Source: a candidate division WOR-3 bacterium (lineage in GTDB: Bacteria; SDB-A). Taken from it: a stretch of 20,000 bases of DNA. Both the position numbers and the translations under genes were made by a program. The stretch spans positions 50,685 to 70,684 of the forward strand of contig JAFGSQ010000016.1 of assembly GCA_016934535.1 (NCBI GenBank), written 5' to 3'. Shown here in pieces: positions 8,278 through 15,855 of this stretch; position 1 is the first letter of the stretch; each line of letters starts with the position of its first letter. The notes beneath the pieces were generated by a model. The model searched no databases and was not told the origin of the DNA. It worked only from the letters and a program-made list of their open reading frames with translations.

Positions 8278-9377
8278 TGGCTGAAACAGAAATCGGAAAA
8301 TCATTCTTTGACGCCCTCAGGGGCATGAAGATAGCTTTTAAAACTCAAAAACACATTCATTTGCACATTTTCATTTTTTTCCTGGCTCTTTACTCGATAG
8401 TTTTCGGCGGGGCAGGTCTGAAAAATTCATTGGCACTGCTCGCGGTAGCTACAATGGTGATAACGGCAGAACTGATTAATTCTTCAATTGAGATTCTCTG
8501 CGATTTCATATCTCCCGGTCAAAACGAATTTATAAAAAATGCCAAAGATTTATCAGCGGGAGCGGTTCTTTGCGCGACATTTTCTTCAATAGTTTTTTCG
8601 TACATGATTTTAGCCGACTCAGTAATGGTTTCAATCTCCCGCTTTTCTGATTACATTGTGAAAACCCCACTTTTTTTTCTGGTTATGTCAGTTTTCCTTT
8701 TTTCAATTATCGTCTCGATTTATTACAAAAGATACTACGGAAAATTTTCATTTCCCCTGGAAAAAACCACTTTCGGGTTAGCTCTGCTGATTGCTTTTCT
8801 TTCTCTTTACAGCATTTCCGTGACTTTCATCTTTTTCCTTCTCATCGGCGGCATAATTCTCATAGAAGCTCTTCTGAGAAACCATCCCTGCGACAAAGTA
8901 TATTTCACGGGAATTCTTGCAATCATCACAGCCTTTTTCTGCTATCGAATTTCATCCCAGATTAACCTTTATATATCGAATGAGTGCGCACTTGCATTTA
9001 TAATAGGACTGTCGCCGTCTTTGGGATCATGTTACTTAGCTTCTCTCGGCTCTTCATTAACGTGTTCTGAAGTTTCAATCCTCGGTGAGTTTTTGTGTCT
9101 TGTTTTTTTTGTATTTTGGGGCGTCAGATTCAAAAATTCATTCGGAAAAAATCTGACTAATCATAAATCTTCACCTTTGAGCAGGTTTTATCTTCTTGGC
9201 CTTTTCGTCGTGTCAGCCTCTCCCCTCCCCTTTTCTTCAGCCGTTGTTTCTGCATCTTATGCCGTCGCTTTTTCATGCCCAAAAAAATATTCTATTCCCG
9301 TATCTTCAGCCGGATTTTGCCTGAAGTATTTCCTGGTATTTATCTCTTTTCCACCCTACGGAAGGATAGGAGCGTAA
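8277..9377 (+). CDS. DgkA-family (diacylglycerol/undecaprenol) kinase fused to additional membrane domains (degenerate PAP2-like plus PF06695/DedA-like)
   Basis: The first ~115 aa carry the DgkA motifs SF..A..G, AELINSSIEILCD and AKDLSAGAVL. The remaining ~250 aa are highly hydrophobic. The start overlaps the mglA stop (TAATG). The kinase call is firm; the extra domain calls are by-eye. Confidence 0.8.
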   Translation: MAETEIGKSFFDALRGMKIAFKTQKHIHLHIFIFFLALYSIVFGGAGLKNSLALLAVATMVITAELINSSIEILCDFISPGQNEFIKNAKDLSAGAVLCATFSSIVFSYMILADSVMVSISRFSDYIVKTPLFFLVMSVFLFSIIVSIYYKRYYGKFSFPLEKTTFGLALLIAFLSLYSISVTFIFFLLIGGIILIEALLRNHPCDKVYFTGILAIITAFFCYRISSQINLYISNECALAFIIGLSPSLGSCYLASLGSSLTCSEVSILGEFLCLVFFVFWGVRFKNSFGKNLTNHKSSPLSRFYLLGLFVVSASPLPFSSAVVSASYAVAFSCPKKYSIPVSSAGFCLKYFLVFISFPPYGRIGA

Positions 9378-10310
9378 ATGACTTATCTCATCACCGGCGG
9401 CGCGGGATTCATAGGATCTCACCTCACCGAAAAACTTCTCGATCTCGGCCACGAAGTTATTTGCCTGGACAATCTCTCGACCGGACACAGGATGAACGTG
9501 GAAAAATTCAAAAATGCCCGGTTCAGGTTCATTGAGGCAGATGTGACAACGCCCATAAAATTCGACGGGAAAATCGACGTGTTATTCCATTTCGCCTCTC
9601 CGGCCAGTCCACCGGATTATTTCAGGCTTCCGGTGGAAACACTTTTAGCCGGATCGCAGGGCACATACAACGCTCTGAACCTTGCTCTGGAAAACGACGC
9701 GGTGTTTTTCCTTTCTTCGACTTCGGAAATTTATGGCGATCCGACAATTTCTCCCCAGAAAGAAGATCTGTGCGGGAACGTAAATCCCATCTGGCCGAGA
9801 AGCGTGTATGAAGTTTCAAAACGCTTTGCAGAATCCATAACCATGACATATCACCGGAAAACCGGCTTAAAAACCCGCATCGTAAGAATATTCAACACAT
9901 ACGGTCCAAACATGAGAATCGATGACGGAAGATCAATACCTAATTTCATTAAATTCGCCTTGTCGGGAGAAGACATAACTATTTACGGCGACGGCAGACA
10001 GACGAGAAGTTTCTGTTACATAGACGATGTCACACAGGCGTTCATTCTTCTTTCACAGACAGACTACAATTACCCTTTAAACATAGGCAATCCTGAAGAG
10101 ATATCAATATTGGATCTGGCGAGAACAATAATTGATATCACCGGATCAAAATCCGATATTTCTTTTCAAAACCCTCTCGATGACGATCCCAAAATAAGAA
10201 AACCTGACATTTCGATGGCGCAAAAGATACTGGGATGGCAACCAAATGTTTGCCTGAAAGAAGGATTGGAAAAAACAGTGGCCGCTTTTAAAAAAAAGCT
10301 CAGAGGATGA
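9378..10310 (+). CDS. UDP-glucuronic acid decarboxylase (UXS)-like extended SDR
   Basis: ITGGAGFIGSHL, HFASPASPPDY, STSEIYGDP, YxxxK (YEVSK), RIFNTYGP, GDGRQTRSFCY and NIGNPEE. These fit the UXS subfamily rather than RmlB. Confidence 0.85.
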   Translation: MTYLITGGAGFIGSHLTEKLLDLGHEVICLDNLSTGHRMNVEKFKNARFRFIEADVTTPIKFDGKIDVLFHFASPASPPDYFRLPVETLLAGSQGTYNALNLALENDAVFFLSSTSEIYGDPTISPQKEDLCGNVNPIWPRSVYEVSKRFAESITMTYHRKTGLKTRIVRIFNTYGPNMRIDDGRSIPNFIKFALSGEDITIYGDGRQTRSFCYIDDVTQAFILLSQTDYNYPLNIGNPEEISILDLARTIIDITGSKSDISFQNPLDDDPKIRKPDISMAQKILGWQPNVCLKEGLEKTVAAFKKKLRG

Positions 10311-11032
10311 CAGGCATCATCCTCGCCGGAGGCATAGGAACAAGGCTTATGCCGCTGACTAAAGTGACAAACAAGCATCTGTTGCCTGTTTTCAAGAAAC
10401 CCATGATTTTTTATCCCATAGAAAAAATTGCCGAAACCGGAATTGAAGAACTTATCATCGTAGTCGGCGACAGGTCCTCCGGCGACTTCATAAGACTTCT
10501 CGGAAACGGCAGGGATTTCGGTTTAAAAAATATTTTTTACATTTATCAGGAAGGAGAAGGCGGCATTGCCCATGCTCTCGGTCTTTGCGAAAATTCGGTC
10601 CGGGACGATAAAATACTGGTCGTTCTGGGCGACAATTTGTTTTCCCACAACCTGTCCGATCAAACTGAAATATTCTCGCGGCAGTCAAATGGAGCCCGAA
10701 TACTGCTTAAAAAAGTCAATGATCCTGAAAGGTTCGGAGTCCCGGAAATTATTGACGGAAAAATAGTGGGAATTACGGAAAAACCGAGTTCCCCCAAATC
10801 TTCCTACGCCGTTACAGGAATTTACATGTACCACAGAGATGTTTTCGACGTCATAAGGCGCTTGAAACCTTCTGAAAGAGGCGAAATAGAGATAACCGAA
10901 GTAAACAACTCCTACATCGAAAATCATACTTTGTCTTTCGGATTTCTTGAAGGCTGGTGGACTGACGCAGGGACTTTCGATTCGTACTCGCGGGCGTGGG
11001 ATTTCGTCAGAAAAGGAATCCTGGAACAGTGA
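10307..11032 (+). CDS. rmlA: Glucose-1-phosphate thymidylyltransferase (short RmlA/SpsI type)
   Basis: GIILAGGIGTRL.PLT...NKHLLPV, LGDN, RFGV, EKP, AVTGIY, PSERGE.EITEVN and WTDAGT. ATGA overlap with the upstream gene. Confidence 0.9.
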   Translation: MTGIILAGGIGTRLMPLTKVTNKHLLPVFKKPMIFYPIEKIAETGIEELIIVVGDRSSGDFIRLLGNGRDFGLKNIFYIYQEGEGGIAHALGLCENSVRDDKILVVLGDNLFSHNLSDQTEIFSRQSNGARILLKKVNDPERFGVPEIIDGKIVGITEKPSSPKSSYAVTGIYMYHRDVFDVIRRLKPSERGEIEITEVNNSYIENHTLSFGFLEGWWTDAGTFDSYSRAWDFVRKGILEQ

Positions 11033-11868
11033 AAACAATCCTCCTAACAGGAGGCGCGGGAGTAATCGCTTCCGAACTTTCTAAACATCTGAGCGGATAC
11101 AGAGTTATTTCCCCCGGTAAAAATGAACTCGACGTCGCCAGGGCGGCTTCTGTCAACAGTTTTTTCAGAAATACACGCGCAGACATGATTGTTCATTCCG
11201 CCGCGCTAACAGACGTTGATTACTGCCAGAACAATCCCCAGGAAGCCATGAGAGTCAACCTCATCGGCACGGAGAATCTCTTTCCTTACGCCGAAAACAA
11301 AAGGTTTCTGTTCTTCAGCACAGACTACGTTTTTGACGGCAAATCGGAAAGACCCTACACGGAGACCGACAAACCCAATCCGATTTCTGTTTACGGCAAA
11401 TCAAAATATGCCGCCGAAAAGGCAGTAAATGCGGCCCTGTCGGATTTCGTAATAGTGAGGACTTCCTGGCTTCTCTCCAACTCGGGTGGATTTTTAAAAA
11501 AAATATCCAACCTATACGCGCAGAAAAACGAGCTGTTCGTTGTCAATGACATTAAAGGGTCTCCCACGGTCATCGACTACCTCTGTCTTGCAACGATCGG
11601 GCTCCTCGAAAGTTCATTCAGCGGCACAGTAAACGTAGCAAATTCAGGAGAAGCGACGTGGTACGAAGTTGCGAAAGAGTATTTTTCTCTGATCAATGCA
11701 GATCCCGGACGAGTCAAAAAAGCCGTATCTCCGACTTTTTCAGAAAAAGCTCCCAGGCCGAAATATTCAGTTCTCGACTGTTCCCTGCTTTCATCATTGA
11801 TTGAATGCAAGCCTCCCGGATGGAAAACTTCACTCAAAAAACACTTGTCGGGAAAAAATGTAAATTAA
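11029..11868 (+). CDS. rmlD: dTDP-4-dehydrorhamnose reductase family protein
   Basis: AALTDVDYC, STDYVFDG, PYTETD.PNP.SVYGKSK, GSPT and APRPKYSVL. Probable GTG start at 11029 (GTGA overlap with the rmlA stop, AAAGGA upstream). Confidence 0.9.
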   Translation: MKTILLTGGAGVIASELSKHLSGYRVISPGKNELDVARAASVNSFFRNTRADMIVHSAALTDVDYCQNNPQEAMRVNLIGTENLFPYAENKRFLFFSTDYVFDGKSERPYTETDKPNPISVYGKSKYAAEKAVNAALSDFVIVRTSWLLSNSGGFLKKISNLYAQKNELFVVNDIKGSPTVIDYLCLATIGLLESSFSGTVNVANSGEATWYEVAKEYFSLINADPGRVKKAVSPTFSEKAPRPKYSVLDCSLLSSLIECKPPGWKTSLKKHLSGKNVN

Positions 11869-13439
11869 ATATTCTCGAGGTCTCTGTAAAGTTTCACAGT
11901 GAATCTGGTTCCCGTTTTATGCTCACTCTCGGCTTTTATAGACCCCTGATGCCTTCCGATTACCTTCTTTGCAAGAGCCAAACCGAGTCCTGCTTTTTTT
12001 TCGGGACTTTCGTTCTGTGAAAAAAAAGGATCAAACACTCTCTCAAGATTTTCTTTACTGATGCCGATTCCGTTGTCTTCAAAAATCATGTAAACGCATT
12101 TGTCTTCTGCGTCCGATTTCGTTGTAATCTTTATGGTTCCCGTTTCCGTATCAACTGCTTCTATCGAATTGATGAGAATGTTAAGTATAACCTGCCGGAT
12201 CTGATCTTTATCAGCCTGAATTTCAGTGTTTTTTTTATCCAGAAAAGTCTCGATTTTTACTTTTTTCTTACCCGCGTAATTGCCCAGGATATTTATGGCA
12301 TCTTTTATCAAGTCGTTCAAGTTCACGGAAGAATACATGAGTTTGTTGCTAGCGGAAATAGACCGCAAGTTGGTGACAATTTCCGAAATCTTTCCGACAC
12401 CTTCAGTGATGCACGAAAAAGCCTGATCGAATTTCTCTTTTTCGGACACGATGTTCAAGTTGCCTATATAATCTATCGCGATCTGCAAAGCGCTCAACGG
12501 GTTAGAGATCTCGTGTGAAATTATAGAAGCTATCTCGGATACGAGAGTAGTTTTCGCATATTCGACAGTCGGCATTTGATATTGAGGAGGATTTCTTAAA
12601 GAGTCCGCAATGCCTTTGATCAGCCAAGTATTTTCAATAGATATTGACACTCTGTTGGCCAGCAGTCTGAGAATTCTCAAATCTTCATCGGATATTACGA
12701 AATCCGGCGGCAGCGCCATCAGTATCACGCCGTTAATTTCGTTTCTGCTCATCATTGTGAGAACAAACAATTTTTCATTTTTTGTTATTTTATGCATGTA
12801 AGCTTGGTTACTGGATATCGCTTCCCTGGCTGTTTCTTCATAACCGGAAGTTTCTTTTTCATCAAAGCCTTCTCCTTTGACCAATACGATGTCATTCTGT
12901 TCAGGCGAAGGTTTTATGAAAAACAGCAGTTTTTCGACCGGTAATATGTACCTGCAAGTATCCAGAACGCCCTTGAAGGCATTCTCGATTTTAACTTCGC
13001 AGGAAAGCGAATCAAAAAAGTCATTGACGGCGATTATTTTTTTCAAATACGTGTTTTCATTTCTCAAATCCCTCGCCTCAAGTTCTTTTTGAATCACTGA
13101 AATAATGTTTTTTGCTCTGAAAGGTTTCGGAATATATCCGACCGCTCCTTTTTTCATGGCTTCAACGGCTGATTCAATAGTCCCGTAACCGGTCATTACT
13201 ATTGGGATAATCTTTTCTCTGACCTGCAGCGCACTTTCAATGAGTTCTATACCGCTCATTTTCGGCATTTTGAGGTCGGTGAGAACGACGTCGAAAGGTC
13301 TGTCTTTTATCATCTGAAAAGCTTCTTCAGAATCGTTTGATATTTCGACGTCGTAACCGCTGGAAATAAGTATCTCCTTGAGGAGTTCGGTTATCGACTT
13401 TTCGTCGTCGACAATAATTATAGAGTGCTTTTCAGGCAT
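11865..13439 (-). CDS. Hybrid response regulator / sensor histidine kinase (REC-GAF-like-HisKA-HATPase), cytoplasmic
   Basis: REC domain: IIVDDE, LTDLKMP, MTG and KPF. A central GAF-like region ends in LRLLANRVSISIEN. H-box SHEISNPL, N-box NILINSIEA, G1 DNGIGI, F-box FDPFFS and G2 AGLGL. No TM segments seen. Confidence 0.93.
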   Translation of the reverse strand: MPEKHSIIIVDDEKSITELLKEILISSGYDVEISNDSEEAFQMIKDRPFDVVLTDLKMPKMSGIELIESALQVREKIIPIVMTGYGTIESAVEAMKKGAVGYIPKPFRAKNIISVIQKELEARDLRNENTYLKKIIAVNDFFDSLSCEVKIENAFKGVLDTCRYILPVEKLLFFIKPSPEQNDIVLVKGEGFDEKETSGYEETAREAISSNQAYMHKITKNEKLFVLTMMSRNEINGVILMALPPDFVISDEDLRILRLLANRVSISIENTWLIKGIADSLRNPPQYQMPTVEYAKTTLVSEIASIISHEISNPLSALQIAIDYIGNLNIVSEKEKFDQAFSCITEGVGKISEIVTNLRSISASNKLMYSSVNLNDLIKDAINILGNYAGKKKVKIETFLDKKNTEIQADKDQIRQVILNILINSIEAVDTETGTIKITTKSDAEDKCVYMIFEDNGIGISKENLERVFDPFFSQNESPEKKAGLGLALAKKVIGRHQGSIKAESEHKTGTRFTVKLYRDLENI

Positions 13440-13449
13440 GTTGCTGATA

Positions 13450-13463
13450 ATATTTCGAAATAT
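13450..13463. promoter_or_regulatory. Perfect 14-bp palindrome ATATTTCGAAATAT in the divergent intergenic region (candidate operator)
   Basis: Self-complementary sequence about 10 bp upstream of the kinase start codon and about 55 bp upstream of the mtaD start. The function is inferred only. Confidence 0.35.
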
Positions 13464-13518
13464 CTTATATCAACTTTATGAATAAAACAACCTGTAAAAA
13501 GAAACCAGGGACAAAGTA

Positions 13519-14862
13519 ATGCCTTTTACTGAAAACATTTCAGAGAATTATTTACTGACCGGCGATTATATCATGACGACCCCCGACGGAGACTGCATTG
13601 AAAACGGATCGGTCGTCGTTTCCGGCGATAAAATAATTGATTTGGGCAAAAGAGCAGAGATGACAGAAAACTATCCCACATTCTCTGAATTCAAAGAAAA
13701 AGATTCGATAATCTTTCCTGGTTTGATTAACGCCCACACTCACATAGCGATGACATTATTCAGAGGCATAGCCGAAGACCTGCCCCTGGAAAAATGGCTC
13801 AATGAAAGTATCTTTCCGAGGGAAAAAACGCTCTCAGAGGACATGGTATACTACGGATCGCTGCTCGGGTGTTCCGAGATGATAAGAAGCGGAACTACAG
13901 CTTTTTGCGATATGTACATTTTTGAAGAATCCGTTGCAAGGGCCTGCGAAATATCAGGTTTGAGATCTCTCCTCGGAGAAGGCCTGTTTGACTTTCCGTC
14001 ACCTTCATACGGTGTTCTGGAAGACGGCATAATGAAAACCGCCGAACTGATTGAAAAATACATGTTATCTGAAAAAATAAGATTTTCAGCTTCCCCACAC
14101 TCAGTATATACATGCTCGATTGAAAACGTGAAAAGAATCAAAGATTTAGCTCGTAAAAAAAAATCCAAATTCCAGATCCACGCCGCCGAGACCAGGGAAG
14201 AAAATGAAAATTCAATAAAAAATAACGGGCTGTCCGTCGTACAACTCCTCGACAGGGAAGGAATATTGGACAGGGACACACTCCTTTTTCACTGCGTATG
14301 GATAAACGAGAAAGACGCTGACATAATAGCCGGGACCGGCGCGACACCGGTAATCTGTTCGACTAGCAATCTCAAGCTTGGATCCGGTATACCGCCTTTG
14401 CCAATGCTGCTTGACAGATCAATTCATTTTTGCCTGGGAACAGACGGACCAGCAAGCAACAACAGCCTGGACATGATAGGGGAAATGAAAATTTCAGCGC
14501 TCATTCAAAAAGGAGTCAACATGAATCCCGAAATCTGCCCTGCCGAAGCTGTTTTCAGGGCGTCCACTTTAAACGGTGCGGAAGCCCTCGGTTTTGATAA
14601 ATCCGGGATCGTTGCCCCTTCAATGAAAGCGGATCTGATAGTTCTGGATATAAACGAATCAAACTCATTGCCTCTTTACAGTCCTTTGCATCACATTCTA
14701 TATTCTGCTTCCTCAAAAGACGTCAGAGACTGCATCGTCGGGGGGAAATTCCTGATGAAAAATAAAAAAGTCATTTCCGTTGATTTGGAAACCGTAAAAA
14801 AAGAGATTTCAAAGATAAAAGACTTTTTTTCAAAAAAGTATTCCCTCGCTCTTGCGAAATGA
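13519..14862 (+). CDS. mtaD: Amidohydrolase, 5-methylthioadenosine/S-adenosylhomocysteine deaminase-like
   Basis: PGLINAHTH (HxH), MTLFRG.AEDLPL.KWL...IFPRE, SGTT.F.DMY, PHSVY, IHAAET, HCV, SNLKLGSG, GTDGPASNN and ADLIV. Confidence 0.85.
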   Translation: MPFTENISENYLLTGDYIMTTPDGDCIENGSVVVSGDKIIDLGKRAEMTENYPTFSEFKEKDSIIFPGLINAHTHIAMTLFRGIAEDLPLEKWLNESIFPREKTLSEDMVYYGSLLGCSEMIRSGTTAFCDMYIFEESVARACEISGLRSLLGEGLFDFPSPSYGVLEDGIMKTAELIEKYMLSEKIRFSASPHSVYTCSIENVKRIKDLARKKKSKFQIHAAETREENENSIKNNGLSVVQLLDREGILDRDTLLFHCVWINEKDADIIAGTGATPVICSTSNLKLGSGIPPLPMLLDRSIHFCLGTDGPASNNSLDMIGEMKISALIQKGVNMNPEICPAEAVFRASTLNGAEALGFDKSGIVAPSMKADLIVLDINESNSLPLYSPLHHILYSASSKDVRDCIVGGKFLMKNKKVISVDLETVKKEISKIKDFFSKKYSLALAK

Positions 14863-14868
14863 AATGAG

Positions 14869-14897
14869 TTGACTTTTATTTTTCCTCAAAATAACAT
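14869..14897 (+). promoter_or_regulatory. Sigma70-type promoter for tRNA-Leu
   Basis: TTGACT (14869-14874), 17 nt spacer, TAACAT (14892-14897), ending 9 nt before the tRNA 5' end. Confidence 0.7.
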
Positions 14898-14906
14898 TCA
14901 GGATAT

Positions 14907-14990
14907 GCCGGGGTGGCGGAATTGGCAGACGCGCTGGATTCAGGTTCCAGTGAATGCAAATTCGTGCGGGTTCAAGTCCCGCTCCCGGCA
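14907..14990 (+). tRNA. tRNA-Leu (anticodon CAG), CCA not encoded
   Basis: Acceptor stem GCCGGGG/TCCCGGC plus discriminator A. D-arm GGCGGAATTGGCAGACGC. Anticodon stem CTGGA/TCCAG with loop TT-CAG-GT (CAG at 14941-14943). Long variable arm and T-loop GTTCAAGTC. 84 nt. Confidence 0.97.
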
Positions 14991-15011
14991 ATTCATTCCC
15001 GAAGGCGGCAA

Positions 15012-15854
15012 GTGAGTAACCTCTTGGAGATCCCGAGAAGATTTTTTGTTTTCTTTCTTCTTTTTCTATCCGCTTCCATGTCTGTTTTTTCTTTCAGAAC
15101 AATGAGATCGGCAAGGCCGATTCAGGTAGCCGAACAAATGGCATATTTTCCGTCCGGAAAAAATTTCAGAATGGCTGGGCCTACTTTCGCCTCAGTAGTT
15201 GCCGACATGGCCTGGCTTCAGATTGTTCAGTACTACGGATGGGAAATCAGAGTGGGTCACGACTTTTCAATGATAAAACCTATACTGTTCATTCTCACCG
15301 ACATAGATCCGAATTTTACAACTCCTTACACTCTCGGCGCTTTCATACTGCTCGATAACGCTCAGGATTTCGAAGGAGCACACGAACTGCTTAATAAAGG
15401 CGCCGTTTCAAACCAGGACGAATGGAGATATCCGTTTTTGAGCGGTTTCATATATTGGATATCAGCACCTTCACAACCCGACAGCCTGAAAAATTACTAC
15501 TACGCTCTGGCCGGCAGTAAATTCAGGTTAGCCGCATCAAAACCGGAAGCTCCGGAATACGTTTTGAAGTTCTCTTCAGCCGCCGCCAAAAAAACAGGCG
15601 AACACCTGCTCGCCGCGGACATCTGGCTTCAGCTTTACGATTTGAGCGAACTGACTGAAGAAAGAGTAATATTCCTCAGAAACGCCAAACTGGAAATCGA
15701 GAGACACATTCAGTCCAAAATTGGGGTTTATTCGGATACCGGAAGTATCCCCTCCCTTTCCGAAATAGGATTAAAAGAGAATCATCTTATTCTGCCCGAC
15801 GGATCAATCCTTTACATGGATGATGCCGGACAGCCGTCGTGGAAAAACCGCTGA
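15012..15854 (+). CDS. Membrane-anchored TPR-like helical protein (resembles pilus-cluster XapA/PilG-type proteins)
   Basis: GTG start at 15012 after AAGG; the ORF-track start at 14913 lies inside the tRNA. N-terminal TM RRFFVFFLLFLSASMSVF. Motifs VADMAWLQIVQYYG, TDIDPNF..PY and A.ELLNKG...N..EW.YPFL.GFIY. Family resemblance is from memory only. Confidence 0.6.
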   Translation: MSNLLEIPRRFFVFFLLFLSASMSVFSFRTMRSARPIQVAEQMAYFPSGKNFRMAGPTFASVVADMAWLQIVQYYGWEIRVGHDFSMIKPILFILTDIDPNFTTPYTLGAFILLDNAQDFEGAHELLNKGAVSNQDEWRYPFLSGFIYWISAPSQPDSLKNYYYALAGSKFRLAASKPEAPEYVLKFSSAAAKKTGEHLLAADIWLQLYDLSELTEERVIFLRNAKLEIERHIQSKIGVYSDTGSIPSLSEIGLKENHLILPDGSILYMDDAGQPSWKNR

Positions 15855-15855
15855 A

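Noticed and set aside
10996-11028. Upstream start for rmlD
   Set aside because: It overlaps rmlA by 37 nt. GTG 11029 gives a standard GTGA coupling and starts at the Rossmann strand.
14913-15011. N-terminal extension MAELADALDSGSS... of the 313-aa ORF
   Set aside because: This is the well-known spurious translation of a tRNA-Leu gene. The real start is probably GTG 15012.
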